A stretch of DNA of 63,431 nucleotides, the filler included, from Neoconidiobolus thromboides FSU 785 (Eukaryota; Fungi; Entomophthoromycota), in assembly GCA_025603075.1 (NCBI GenBank). It is 9 parts of 9 records of this genome, joined end to end, with 100 filler letters (N's around TTAATTAATTAA, not from the genome) between each part and the next. Parts side by side here need not be neighbours in the genome. Positions count along the whole stretch, not along the records: positions 20,116 to 50,740 come from MU626485.1; positions 50,841 to 60,007 come from MU626666.1; positions 60,108 to 61,964 come from MU626900.1; 6 more parts are not named here. The stretch is one strand, 5' to 3'. The notes under the pieces were generated by a model. It had not been told where the DNA came from. It did no database searches and saw only the letters and a program-made list of their open reading frames with translations. Of this stretch, positions 49,891 through 61,040 are shown in pieces (positions within the stretch are counted from its first letter, which is position 1; every line of letters starts with the position of its first letter). A program made the position numbers and the translations under genes.

Positions 49891-50740
49891 ATGTTTAAAT
49901 TAAAGAGAAAGAGACAAGGGAGCAAAAGAGACGAAAAAGATGTAGAGTTACAAGAAAAAATACAAAATGCAAAAAATGTACCTTTTCTTAAATTATTCAA
50001 ATTTGCTACAACTAAAGATAGATTACTAATATCTTTTGCGTCATTGGCTTCTATCATTAATGGTATATCTCAACCAATTTTATTTTTGTTGTTTTCTCAA
50101 GCCATTGGTTTATTCGGTGATTATCAAAAGAATTACTCTGAGAATCCAGATCTCGCTAATAAAACATTAAGAGAGACTGTTGATTTCTTGTGTATTATGT
50201 TTGTAATAGTTGGAGCTATTACTGCAGCCGCTGCTTACTTTCAATTATCATTTTGGTTAATGGTTGGAGAAAGTCAGGCTGTAAGAATCAGAAATAAATA
50301 TTATCATTCGGTTTTAAGTCAAGAAATGGGGTGGTTTGATTCTATTTCTTCAGGCGATATCGCTTCACGCATAGCCGGTGATATTAATTTAGTTCAAGAT
50401 GGCATATCAGATAAAGTCGGTCTTCTTATACAATATTTTACCTGCTTTATTGCTGCTTTCGTTATAGCTTTTATAAAAGGGTGGAAATTAACTTTAGTAA
50501 TGTTAACTTCAGTACCATTACTGACACTTGCTGGTGTTCTAACAAGTAAAGCTATTGCAGATGTTTCTAAGGGCGGACAAGGTGTATATGGCGAAGCAGA
50601 CTCGATAGCTGAAGAGGTATTATCTGCTATCAAAACAGTCTATTCATTCAATACTCAGGAAAAAGAACAGAATAGATATGAGGATAAACTAAGATTAGCT
50701 CGTAAGAAAGGGTTTCGTAAAGCTTTTTTTACAGGATTGA
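49891..50740 (+). CDS. ABCB (MDR-like) transporter, N-terminal TMD1; 3' truncated
   Basis: VPFLKLFKFATTKD, GESQAVRIRNKYYHSVLSQEMGWFD, DGISDKVG, GWKLTLV, AEEVLSAIKTVYSF. Confidence 0.93.
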
Positions 50741-50840
50741 NNNNNNNNNNNNNNNNNNNNNNNNNNNNNNNNNNNNNNNNNNNNTTAATTAATTAANNNN
50801 NNNNNNNNNNNNNNNNNNNNNNNNNNNNNNNNNNNNNNNN

Positions 50841-51263
50841 ATAGAAATATTATTTTATATATATTGCTCTATATTATATAATCAAATAGATAACAACAAA
50901 CATAATAATAGAATGAATGAATTAGAACGAAGTCAATTAGCTCAAATATGGATTGAAGATAAGAATTTAGATATTAATACTTTATTACGCTGGTTTAATC
51001 CAATAACTAAAGAATTAGTTACTATTGAACAATGTAATGAATTTTTAGCTTGGTTGTTTTATGATAATTATATACAAAACTTATCTGATAAAGAAAATCA
51101 ATATATTAAACAATTAACTGATAAGATTCAATTATTATCAAATATTAAATTATCAAATGAACAAAATAAACAAAATGAGCAAAAGGAGAGTCGCAAAGTT
51201 ATGAGATTAACTTTAGACAAATTGAATGTTTTATTGAAACCTTTAATAATTTATATTGTAAGT

Positions 51264-51299
<36 letters not shown>

Positions 51300-52096
51300 T
51301 TTTACATTAGATAATTTGTCTTATTCAAACAATTAGTAGTATTTATTTACTTATTAATGGATTTCAACATAATCATGATAGTGAAACTCAATATTCATAT
51401 TATATTTATGAACCTAATAATTTAGATAATACAAAAGATACATTATTTTTTATTCATGGAATTGGAATTGGATTAACTACTTATTTAAAAAAAATAAGTG
51501 AATTAAAACAATGTTATCCTAATAGAAAGATTATATTATTACAATTAAATTATATAACAATGACACCAACAATTCATATTAATACAATTGAAGATACATT
51601 GAAATTCTTAGATAATATTTGTGAATTACATAATATTCAAAAAATATCATTAATAGGACATTCTTATGGTACTTTTATATGTTCTTGGCTAGTTAAATAT
51701 CGTAAACAAAAGATTCAGCAATTAACATTAATTGATCCAGTTTGTTTCAATACTTGGGATTCTAATTTAACTCGAAATTTTATTTATAATCAACAATTTA
51801 CATTAATTTCAATATGTTGTGATTTAATTATCTCTAAAGATTTATTTATTGCTAATACAATTGCTAGACATTTTTTATGGCTACCAAATTTATTATTATT
51901 ACAAGACATAAAGGGATTGAAAGTGAATGTATTTTTAGCAAAAGAAGATTTTATTATTAATAGTAATAATGTATTAACTTATCTTAAAAAAAGTCCAGAA
52001 TTTGACAATAAATTGAAAGTAATGATGTTAGATGGCAATCATGGAGCTTATCTTTTAAGTCAAACTTTTTCAGATATTGTTTTAAAGGGAGTTTAA
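50841..52096 (+). CDS. Membrane-associated alpha/beta hydrolase (5' truncated, one intron ~51258-51313)
   Basis: FIHGIGIGL, IGHSYGT nucleophile elbow, IDPVCF, IARHFLW, HGAYL; paralogue of 55845-57340. Confidence 0.85.
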
Positions 52097-52423
52097 AGAT
52101 GAATAAGAGTTATTTGAATGAAAAAATAGATCAAAGTATTTATAATAATTGTATGTTGTTTCCTTAAAATTAAATGTTAGAATAATTATTAATGATCTAT
52201 TGTTATTGTTTTTTTTATTAAATACTAATACAATAAATATAAAGTTCATTAGAAATAGGACACTTCCTTTTTTATTACTTTTTTTATTTTTTAAATTATA
52301 AAAACGTTATTTTATACTAACTATAATTTACTTTGAATAGATATAGAAATTTATACAAATTATTAATTTTATTATTATTAACTTAATAACCAAACCTCAT
52401 CATGTACTAAATCCTTACTTTCT

Positions 52424-52558
52424 TTAACAATCCTTTAATGCAATAGGTGTAGGTAATACTTCATAATTAAGTTGAGGATTATAAACTGGATCATCGATCA
52501 TTTCGATAGCTGCAAAAACGGTGGCAACAATGGCTAATGTTACAGTAATGAATTTCAT
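52424..52558 (-). CDS. Putative small secreted peptide (44 aa)
   Basis: MKFITVTLAIVATVFAAIEMIDDPVYNPQLNYEVLPTPIALKDC*: classical signal peptide, and a GC-richer coding-like patch in AT-rich intergenic DNA; below the ORF-track cut-off. Confidence 0.6.
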   Translation of the reverse strand: MKFITVTLAIVATVFAAIEMIDDPVYNPQLNYEVLPTPIALKDC

Positions 52559-52892
52559 TATCTTTATATAGTGTATTTAATTAAATAAAAGATGAAATAA
52601 ATAGAAATGTTAATTTTTTTATAAAGAGTAAGATCAATTATAGTTACCTTTATATACTATTCATTTTTTTATCTAACCCATCTAGATCTTTATACACAAA
52701 GTTTTTGACTATAAACAATTGAGTTAAAATTTCAGGGTATCTTTAAGCAAAGTTTTAATGCTTGGTGGCTATTTTTAAGGGGGATAATAAAAATTCGAAG
52801 CTTAAAACTTTTCCTTTTTTGATAATTAAAAAACCCAAATTTAAAAAATTATAGTCCTGAAATTTTATTTTTAGCCTAAAATTGAAACTATC

Positions 52893-53110
52893 GTATGGGA
52901 GTGTTTTTTTGACTTGATTATTTTTTCCATTTTTTAAGCGCTACTTAAGTCGAAAATTTGTTAGTAAAATTCTTAAACACAAAAATACATCCTCATATTA
53001 TTGAAATTCTAGGTGAAAGTGTTTTTTCTGGTTTCATCAATTTCTCTATTTTTTAAACACTACTTAAGTGAAAGTTAGTAAGATTATTATAAAAAATATA
53101 TTCTTATATA
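52893..53110 (-). mobile_element. Two reverse MITE-like copies (52893-52998 intact; ~53010-53110 degenerate)
   Basis: gtatgggagtgttttttt...tttaagcgctacttaagtcgaaaa...atacatcctcatat, then gtgttttttctggtttcatc...aaacactacttaagtgaaag. Confidence 0.8.
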
Positions 53111-53369
53111 TATTTGAAATTACTAAAAATTTCTCTTATTTTATAATATTAAAACTTTATCGATTGTCATAAAATAAATTTAAAATTGAACATCCTGTTT
53201 TTAAATTAATATTATATTAAACCTTTAAGTCTATAAAAAATTAAAAAAACATACCAAAATAAATTAATAATACTTTATTAAATCCAAATTATAATAATTA
53301 CTTTAAAAATTATAATTATTTAAAATATTAAACTTAAAAAATAAACTAATCTCTCTTTTGCATCAACTA

Positions 53370-55445
53370 TTAAGCTACATCCATGACAGCTCCAAAGTTA
53401 TAGTCCAAAGTATTCTCCTTACCGTAATCTTCATTATCTCCAAATTGATCAGGGGCGAGTAATTGATTTAATTGAAAGTTTAAATCTAATCCCACTGTAT
53501 GTAAAATTTGAGCATTACTTTCCGTTACTTGTTTACAAGTTTGAATTATACTTTCTGATGGTGGTGGTATTGAGAATACTTGACTTTTAAATAGTTTACC
53601 AAAATGAATGATTTCTTTTCTTACCCATGAAATTAATCTAGATGTGACAGATCTTTCTAAAAATAATTCACTATGCCAACGACATGTAGTACATATCATT
53701 GAGAATGTTAATTTAGATAACGAAGCTATATATTGATATGTGGAACCATCTAAAGGTAATTGTCGAGTTCTTAATTTTATATGGTTGTGACGGGCATCAA
53801 AGAAAGATTGTTGTGCTTCAGCTATTAAACCTAATTCAATCATAGGGGATATACTTTTTTTTAAACTTGATTTATCTTGTGCTACTCTTGCTCTTTTTTC
53901 TAAAATTATTGTTAAAGATTGTATCCTTTGTTTCAAATCTTGAATATCATTACAATTTTTAGTAATTGTTTTTGAAGCTGATTTTAAAGCTTGTTTAGCT
54001 TCTAAGATTAAATCCACTGCTTCTTTATAACTATGTTGAGCAATAGCAATATCTAAAGAATCCCAAAAATCGGAAGTTAGTACAGATTTATTATTAGAAT
54101 TACCCGTTTTAATTAAGGAATTGATTGTTTTTGTATCCGCCAATTCTAAACTTTCACCTACTTTTTTACTCGTTTCTAATAATGCTTTTTGATGCATTTG
54201 TCGAAAATAATCTGCTGTAGCTCGAGCCACCCCTCTTAAAAATTTCTTTTTTTCTTCTTTATTACGCGCACAAAATACATAAATTTCATTTTTTTGTATA
54301 ATTTTAAACGCATCTTTAACCTCATTAGAATCTTTAATATCCCCTAAAGTCATATCCGAAAATTTAACACAACATCGTGCCATTAATCCCATTTTTGTAC
54401 CACTACCTGCTTTAATATCAATAATTGTTTGTCTTTTGGCTCTTGTGGCTACTAATAAACTATCTGTCAATAAAAAAAAATGGGCATTTCTTTTAAATCG
54501 AAAATTGGAATGATCTAATTCTTTCCATCCTGGACTTTCTAATAATGGTCGTCGATCTTCAATATAAGGTAAATAATCTTGAGCTCCTTGTACTGCTTTC
54601 CATAATTTAGCTAGTTCTTTACGATTAGTTTCATCTAGACTTTCTTGCCCCCCATTAGTATTATCTCCTTCTGCTTGTCCATTATTGTTTTTCTTTGGAC
54701 CTAACTTATTGTTAATTTTACATAAGTTTATTAATAAATAAATATCATTACCATCATTACAAGTTAAACCAATTGAATTGTTAGATAAAGAATTACCAAT
54801 AGATTGTAATTCATTAATTAAATCTCTTAATTCAAACATACCAGTTTCTAATTGAGATATTTCTTTAGAAATATTAACAAATTCTTTATAGTTTCTATAA
54901 ACATGGGATTGTAAATTTAAACTACTTTTTTCAGATGTTTCTTGTAATAAAGTATAAAAACTTTTTAAATTATTCCATTGTTCTCCTTCTAATAAAGTTT
55001 CTAAATCTATTGAAAATAATAAATAAATAAATAAATAAAATAAATAAAACTCACATTCTTGTGGATTAAATTCCTCTTCAAAAAATGGTTCTGTATCAAT
55101 TTGTAATTGATTAATACGAATATTATTACTTTGAATCACTTGACTACCAGCTCCTTGTTGAAATCTTAAATTCGAAGGTCTTTTAGCATTAGATGTTGAC
55201 ATCCTTGATAGTGAAGGATTAGAATTAGGAGAAGAAATCAAACTGGCACGAACAGCGTTATTAGCTCTTAATTTACTAACACCAACAGGTGAAGCTACCT
55301 CATTACTACTTGAGAGGTCTAATTTGTTATACCCTTTTTTTATTAACTTTTTAGTGATCTTAACAGGTGCTTTTAAATTGCTTAAGACTCCTTTATCATC
55401 TTTTTTACCCTTTTTATTTTTTTTATAATTATTGAAACTACTCAT
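53370..55445 (-). CDS. EXO84: Exocyst component Exo84 (probably two short in-frame introns read through by the ORF track)
   Basis: VYRNYKEFVNISKEISQLE (Vps51/Exo84 N), PH-like region (FFLLTDSLLVA), DSLDIAIAQHSYKEAV and SRLISWVRKEI..FKSQVF C-terminal domain. Confidence 0.85.
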   Translation of the reverse strand: MSSFNNYKKNKKGKKDDKGVLSNLKAPVKITKKLIKKGYNKLDLSSSNEVASPVGVSKLRANNAVRASLISSPNSNPSLSRMSTSNAKRPSNLRFQQGAGSQVIQSNNIRINQLQIDTEPFFEEEFNPQECEFYLFYLFIYLLFSIDLETLLEGEQWNNLKSFYTLLQETSEKSSLNLQSHVYRNYKEFVNISKEISQLETGMFELRDLINELQSIGNSLSNNSIGLTCNDGNDIYLLINLCKINNKLGPKKNNNGQAEGDNTNGGQESLDETNRKELAKLWKAVQGAQDYLPYIEDRRPLLESPGWKELDHSNFRFKRNAHFFLLTDSLLVATRAKRQTIIDIKAGSGTKMGLMARCCVKFSDMTLGDIKDSNEVKDAFKIIQKNEIYVFCARNKEEKKKFLRGVARATADYFRQMHQKALLETSKKVGESLELADTKTINSLIKTGNSNNKSVLTSDFWDSLDIAIAQHSYKEAVDLILEAKQALKSASKTITKNCNDIQDLKQRIQSLTIILEKRARVAQDKSSLKKSISPMIELGLIAEAQQSFFDARHNHIKLRTRQLPLDGSTYQYIASLSKLTFSMICTTCRWHSELFLERSVTSRLISWVRKEIIHFGKLFKSQVFSIPPPSESIIQTCKQVTESNAQILHTVGLDLNFQLNQLLAPDQFGDNEDYGKENTLDYNFGAVMDVA

Positions 55446-55754
55446 TTTATTAGTTATTAGAACCTATAATAAAAAAGAAATTGACTTAAAAAGTTTTATT
55501 GTTATGATGAAATATTTTAAATACTTAACGAATTAAAATCAACATTTAAAATAGAGTAACCAATTAAATAAGAACAAAATGTGGCTAAAAAAAAATAATA
55601 AAAGAATAAAACACTAATAAAACACTAATAAAACAATAATAAAATAATATTTAATATATCAACTATTTTATTTATTAATTTAATATAACAAAAAATAAAG
55701 GTTTATCTTTTTTTTTTAAAAACATTAACATTGTATTATAATATTAGAGAAGAT

Positions 55755-55822
55755 AGAGATAAAACTAAAGATAGAACTAAAGATAGAACTAAAAATAGAA
55801 CTAAAGATAGAACTAAAGATAG
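55755..55822. repeat. 12-bp minisatellite (ACTAAAGATAGA) x~5
   Basis: Direct tandem repeats just 3' of the hydrolase stop codon. Confidence 0.85.
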
Positions 55823-55844
55823 TAATAATAAAATTTTAAGATAA

Positions 55845-57030
55845 TTAAATATCTTTTAATATGGCATCAGAATGAGTACGGGACATAAGATAAGCACCAT
55901 GGGTTAATTCATCAATCATAGCTACTTTAAAATTTTGATTTTGATGTAGTTTGAGATAACTAAAGATATCAGGAGCATGAATAATAAAATCATATTTTGA
56001 TAAATAAACAGTAGTTGGCTTATTAATATTCTTAGGTAATAATAAGTTTTTATGCCAAAAGAAGTTTCTACCAATGGTATTACCAATAAATAAATCTCTT
56101 GATACAAAAAATTGACACATTTGATGAATAAATGAATTACTTGTACTATACATGAAATTACGAGTTAAATCAGAGTTCCATACAGCAAAACATACTGGGT
56201 CAATTAAAGTTAATTTCTTAACATATTTACTACGATATTTTAAAAACCAACCACATACAATAGTACCATAAGAATGTCCAATAAAAGAACAAGGGGATAA
56301 ATTATGTAACTTAATAATATCATCTAAAGCACTAATTGTATCTTCAATAGAATTAACTTGTGTTATTGGAGTCATACTAATATAAGACAATTCTAGCAAT
56401 ATAATTTTTCTATTAGGATAACATTGTTGTAAATCGTATATTTTTTTAATATACATAGCTAATCCGATTCCAATTCCATGAACAAAAAATATTGGACTTG
56501 AATTTATATCTTGATTTACAGGCTCATAAATCCAATATGTATATTTACTATTAGGTAAATGATTAGGTTGGAATCCTAATAACATTAGAAAACTAGCTGC
56601 AATGGCCTGAATTAATGCAATTGCCTAATATAAAATAAATTATCGTTATATATTAATAGAAATAAATGAAAACTTACAGCATAAAAAATTAAGGGTTTAT
56701 GTTGAACAATAACAGGATCTAAAGTTAACAACATTGGCTTTCTTAATTTATTATAGTTGAATTTTGGAAATATAATATTAGAATGCAATTCAATCTTCTT
56801 AATTAAATTATTGATTTGTTGGTTTTCATTTGATTTTAAGTTGTTAATAAACTTATCATAGATTAACCAAGATAGCCATTCTTTAGCTTGTTTGTATCCT
56901 ACTAAATCTTCAGTTATTGGGTTAAACCACTTCGATATAACTTCTGGATTAAAATGACCTTGTTCTATGATTTCATTTGCTAATTCTATCTTTTCTTGAA
57001 TTTCTATTTCTTTCTTTTTATTATTATTTA

Positions 57031-57061
<31 letters not shown>

Positions 57062-57340
57062 TGATAATTTACTATATAACATCCAACAATAAAAATAAAA
57101 ATAAATTTCTAATATACACCAAATGCCAATAAATAATGTACTATTATTTTTTAAACCACCACTAAATATTAAATAAATACCTACAGTAAAAGCAGCCGGC
57201 GTTATTAACTTAATAAATTGAGTTGATAATATAACTATTAATTTTAATACTCGTTCATTCATCCATTTTGTTTGTATTTCTCTTTTTCCAGTTAAATCTA
57301 CAAATATTGATTTTAAATTGATTTTATAAGATGATAACAT
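55845..57340 (-). CDS. Membrane-associated alpha/beta hydrolase (one intron ~56590-56670)
   Basis: N-terminal TM helices, FVHGIGIGL, IGHSYGT, IDPVCF, RNFFW, HGAYL. Confidence 0.88.
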
Positions 57341-58602
57341 ATTAATTTTAATTTAATACTTATATTCTAATTAATAACTATAATACTAAATAATAGAGAA
57401 AAAATTATTGAAAATTATATATAAAAAAAGATTAAAAGATAAAGAAAATTAAATTGAATATTTTATAATAATAATAAATTAAAGTTGAATTTTATTTATT
57501 CTTACTTTTCAAAGTTGATCATTTTAAATTTTGAATTTTTATTACTAAAATTAAATTGGGTTCTAACTTTATCCGACCAATCATCGGCAATAAATAAACT
57601 TCAAACTTTACCTCTTAATTCATATTTACATTTCAAACTTCAAGTTTTTCCGAAGTCTTTTCTAATAATACTCCTCTTAATAATCAATCTGAGTTTGAAA
57701 ATTAATTTATAATATAATAATAATAATACCGTTAATATTATTTATAACTGTATTATTAACTAATTTTTCATTTAACCTTTTAATTTCAATTTCAATTAAA
57801 AATTGAAATTTCTCACTCGTTGGAAACTGAAAGATCAACTTGAAGTTCTAGAAATAAGTTTTAATTATCAAATGTTCATATTTTATTGAAATTTTATCCG
57901 TTAATTTTAAAAAAATGAAATTTTTTAAATTAATTAAATTCTTATTTTAATTCAATGAGTTGGAAATAGATTACTGGAAGTTCGATTATATATTATACTA
58001 TTATTATAACTATTATTATAACTATTATTTTAATCTCTATTTAATGTTATATTTATGTCATTTTTTTATAGTCAAAAATGCGTTTAAATAAATTTAATAA
58101 TCTTATCTTTCTCAGACTTAAAAGATTTAAATAGCTTTTGATTATCAATGAATAAGGTTACTAATTTGAAAATTTCAATTAAACTTACTATTTTTAGCAA
58201 TTTAATTTAACTTCTTTTTGTTTTATATATTGTATTATTATTTTAATATTTAATATTTAGTTTAAAAATTATTTTAATATATAATAATTTATATCAAATC
58301 ATCTTATTATTAATATTATATAATTTAGTAAAGACTTGATCAAATAAGTTTTCAAAAAAACTCACAAATATTTTTAAATGTAATATTGAAATAAGTTACA
58401 AAGTTATCTATCATTGACTTAATACTGAATTAATATTGATTCAACTGGAGCTTTAATAGAACATCAAATTTACTCTTTATGGTAACCGAATAAAAGTAAG
58501 AGGAGATATCAAAAGAAGGTAGATATCAATTAAGTTGATTGTAAATTACAGTATAACTGAAATGAATATGTCATTTTAAGCTGACTTTTATTTGGATTCA
58601 AT

Positions 58603-58708
58603 ATACGAAGATGTATTTTTCTGTTTAACAATTTTACTAACAATCTTTCCACTTAAATAGTGCTTAAAAAATGGAAAAAATAATGAAATCAAAAAAACAT
58701 CCCCATAC
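58603..58708 (+). mobile_element. 105-bp MITE-like repeat copy
   Basis: gaagatgtattttt...ctttccacttaaatagtgcttaaaaaatggaaaaaataatgaaatc...catccccatac. Confidence 0.85.
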
Positions 58709-59078
58709 TTTAATGTAATGATCGGTTTTATACATGATAACTGAATGAATGTATGAAGAGATGTTAAAACAAAGTAATAGAAATTAAGCGTACTATAGGT
58801 AACAGTATAACTAAATGTAATATCATATTTGTCAATAAATTCATTATGAATTTAATTATGAATTTAATTATGAAAATTAATAGGTATTATAATAAATAAC
58901 AGTATATCTATTGATTTTAAATAAAGTTAATAGTTGTTTTATTTTGAAGAAATTAAAATATTTTAGTATAATATTTATATAGCAATATTTATTATATTAT
59001 ATCAACAGCTACAAAAAATTAATTTAATGAAAGATATAAAATACGAAATTAAAGAATAGATTGCCAACAGTAATTAAC

Positions 59079-59185
59079 ATATGGGAGTGTTTTTTTTGAC
59101 TTCATTATTTTTTCCATTTTTTAAGCACTATTTAAGTGGAAAGATTGTTAGTAAAACTTTTAAATACAAAAATACATCCCTATAT
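59079..59185 (-). mobile_element. 105-bp MITE-like repeat copy (reverse)
   Basis: atatgggagtgttttttttgacttcatta...aagcactatttaagtggaaag...atacatccctatat. Confidence 0.9.
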
Positions 59186-59807
59186 ATATCAAAAGACCCC
59201 TTGGTATAGATTATTTGCTTAATATAGGACAGTTAAGTTTAAAGTTAGTATAAGAAATTTATTTGATCAAGTTTTTCATTCATAAAGATATTGATTATAG
59301 AAAAGAAGAGAATATAAGATATAAATCAGGTTACAATTTACCTTTTATTATAAAGTTTTTTTTAAATATTTCCAATAAATTTAATTTTGATCAAAATTTC
59401 AAACCCAACTTAAGATTAGAAACTACTCCTACTATTAATATAAATATATAAAACTGAGCTTACACTCTTAATATACCATATAAAATTAAATTAGTATTAA
59501 GAACTTGGGATTATTTTTAGCTATAGAATCATTATTAAATAATATAATAAATATAAAATAGTGAGGAATAAAGTGACGATATAAATATAAAAAATCCGAT
59601 CTCAATAATTTTTAACAATTACGTAAAATTTGCTAACATAACATCCTTGTACTTGTAAATCAAATGGTAAAAATGAGATCATTTTCATTTAAAAATAATG
59701 AAAAAATAGTATAAAAGCCAGTTGTTATAAATTAAATAAATTATAAAACAAAACAAAAACAAATTAACTAACAAATTAATTATTAAATATCAAATTAAAT
59801 AATCAAA

Positions 59808-60007
59808 ATGACTGGAAGCCCATCAAAAATGTCTGGTAACTATAACTCTACCATTGGATCCATTAAAGAAAATGTAGGTTCTGCTCTTGGTAATCATTCT
59901 CTTGAATCTAAAGGTGCTGCTCAAAGAGCTGAAGGTGATGCTGAATATAAAGCTGCTCAAGCTAAAGGCTATGCTGAAGGTTCTAAAGATAGTGTAAAAG
60001 GAAGTGT
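59808..60007 (+). CDS. CsbD/Hmp1-like small hydrophilic stress protein; 3' truncated
   Basis: SKMSGNYNSTIGSIKENVGSALGNHSLESKGAAQRAEGDAEYKAAQAKGYAEG follows the fungal CsbD-type G..KE.VG..G...L...G repeat. Confidence 0.75.
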
Positions 60008-60107
60008 NNNNNNNNNNNNNNNNNNNNNNNNNNNNNNNNNNNNNNNNNNNNTTAATTAATTAANNNNNNNNNNNNNNNNNNNNNNNNNNNNNNNNNNNNN
60101 NNNNNNN

Positions 60108-60506
60108 AACATGATCTTCAAAAATAGAAGGGACAATGAAAGGCTCAGGTACTAACCAACCACCTAAATTAACTCCCCGAATCTTCATATCAGTACCATA
60201 TTGGAATGGCTGATTTAAAGGTGGTACATTTGGATTAGCTCTTGCACTATCATCAAAAGAACCTAAATCTTTAGGTATTATTGAAAGATCAGGCTTTTGT
60301 ACTAAGCCATCTTTTACAGTAGCAGTAGAATCTTTAGTTAAATTACTTTTTCGTTGATTTGGTAATACTACTAAAAACACTACTAATAAAACAATGGCTA
60401 CTAATAATAGAAAACTTATTAAGGCTATTATCCACCATTTGTATCGAATAAAAAAGGACTTTCTTTGGGTTCGATTGTTTAATTCTTCTTTGCTAGGAGA
60501 GTCCAT
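60108..60506 (-). CDS. GH5 exo-1,3-beta-glucanase with type II membrane anchor, N-terminal part (truncated)
   Basis: KWWIIALISFLLLVAIVLLVVFLVVL TM helix, then ARANPNVPPLNQPFQYG, KIRGVNLGGWLVPEPFIVPSIF. Confidence 0.9.
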
Positions 60507-61040
60507 TACTTGTTTTATTTAAATTAAATGTATATAAAAAGTAGAGGATAAATTAAATAAATAAAATATTTTGTTTTTATACAAAGTTTACTCAACTATT
60601 TTTCAGTTGTCGTTTATTTATATATTTTATTTAACTTAATTTTAAGGCTTTATTGATTTAATCTTCTATTTATAAAATTTAACTGCAATCATTAACGAAT
60701 ATTGCCATAGTTTCATTTTTAGTTAATCTTTATGCTTAAAAATTAGACTATTAATAAAGCAAAATAGTATTGAATTTATTTGCTACTCTTAAATTTACTG
60801 AAAATAGACTATAACTAATATGTGTATTAACCTCAATTTTATGTATATTCCTGTTTATTTTTATTTTATTTTTATATTATTTATTATATAATAAGCTTAA
60901 AAAATATTAGTAAAGTTGAAACAAAATTAATTTGAAATTAATTCATGTTTTAAAGTATGATTTAAGCATTTGTATCATAACTTTATCAAGCTTAATGTAA
61001 ACATTGCATAATTTATTTATTTAAACTTAACATAAAGCTA

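Noticed and set aside
54700-55060. Odd hydrophobic inserts in the EXO84 ORF (CEFYLFYLFIYLLFSI; NDIYLLINLCKINNK)
   Set aside because: They are bounded by GT...AG and are AT-rich: short introns that happen to be stop-free and in frame, not novel domains.
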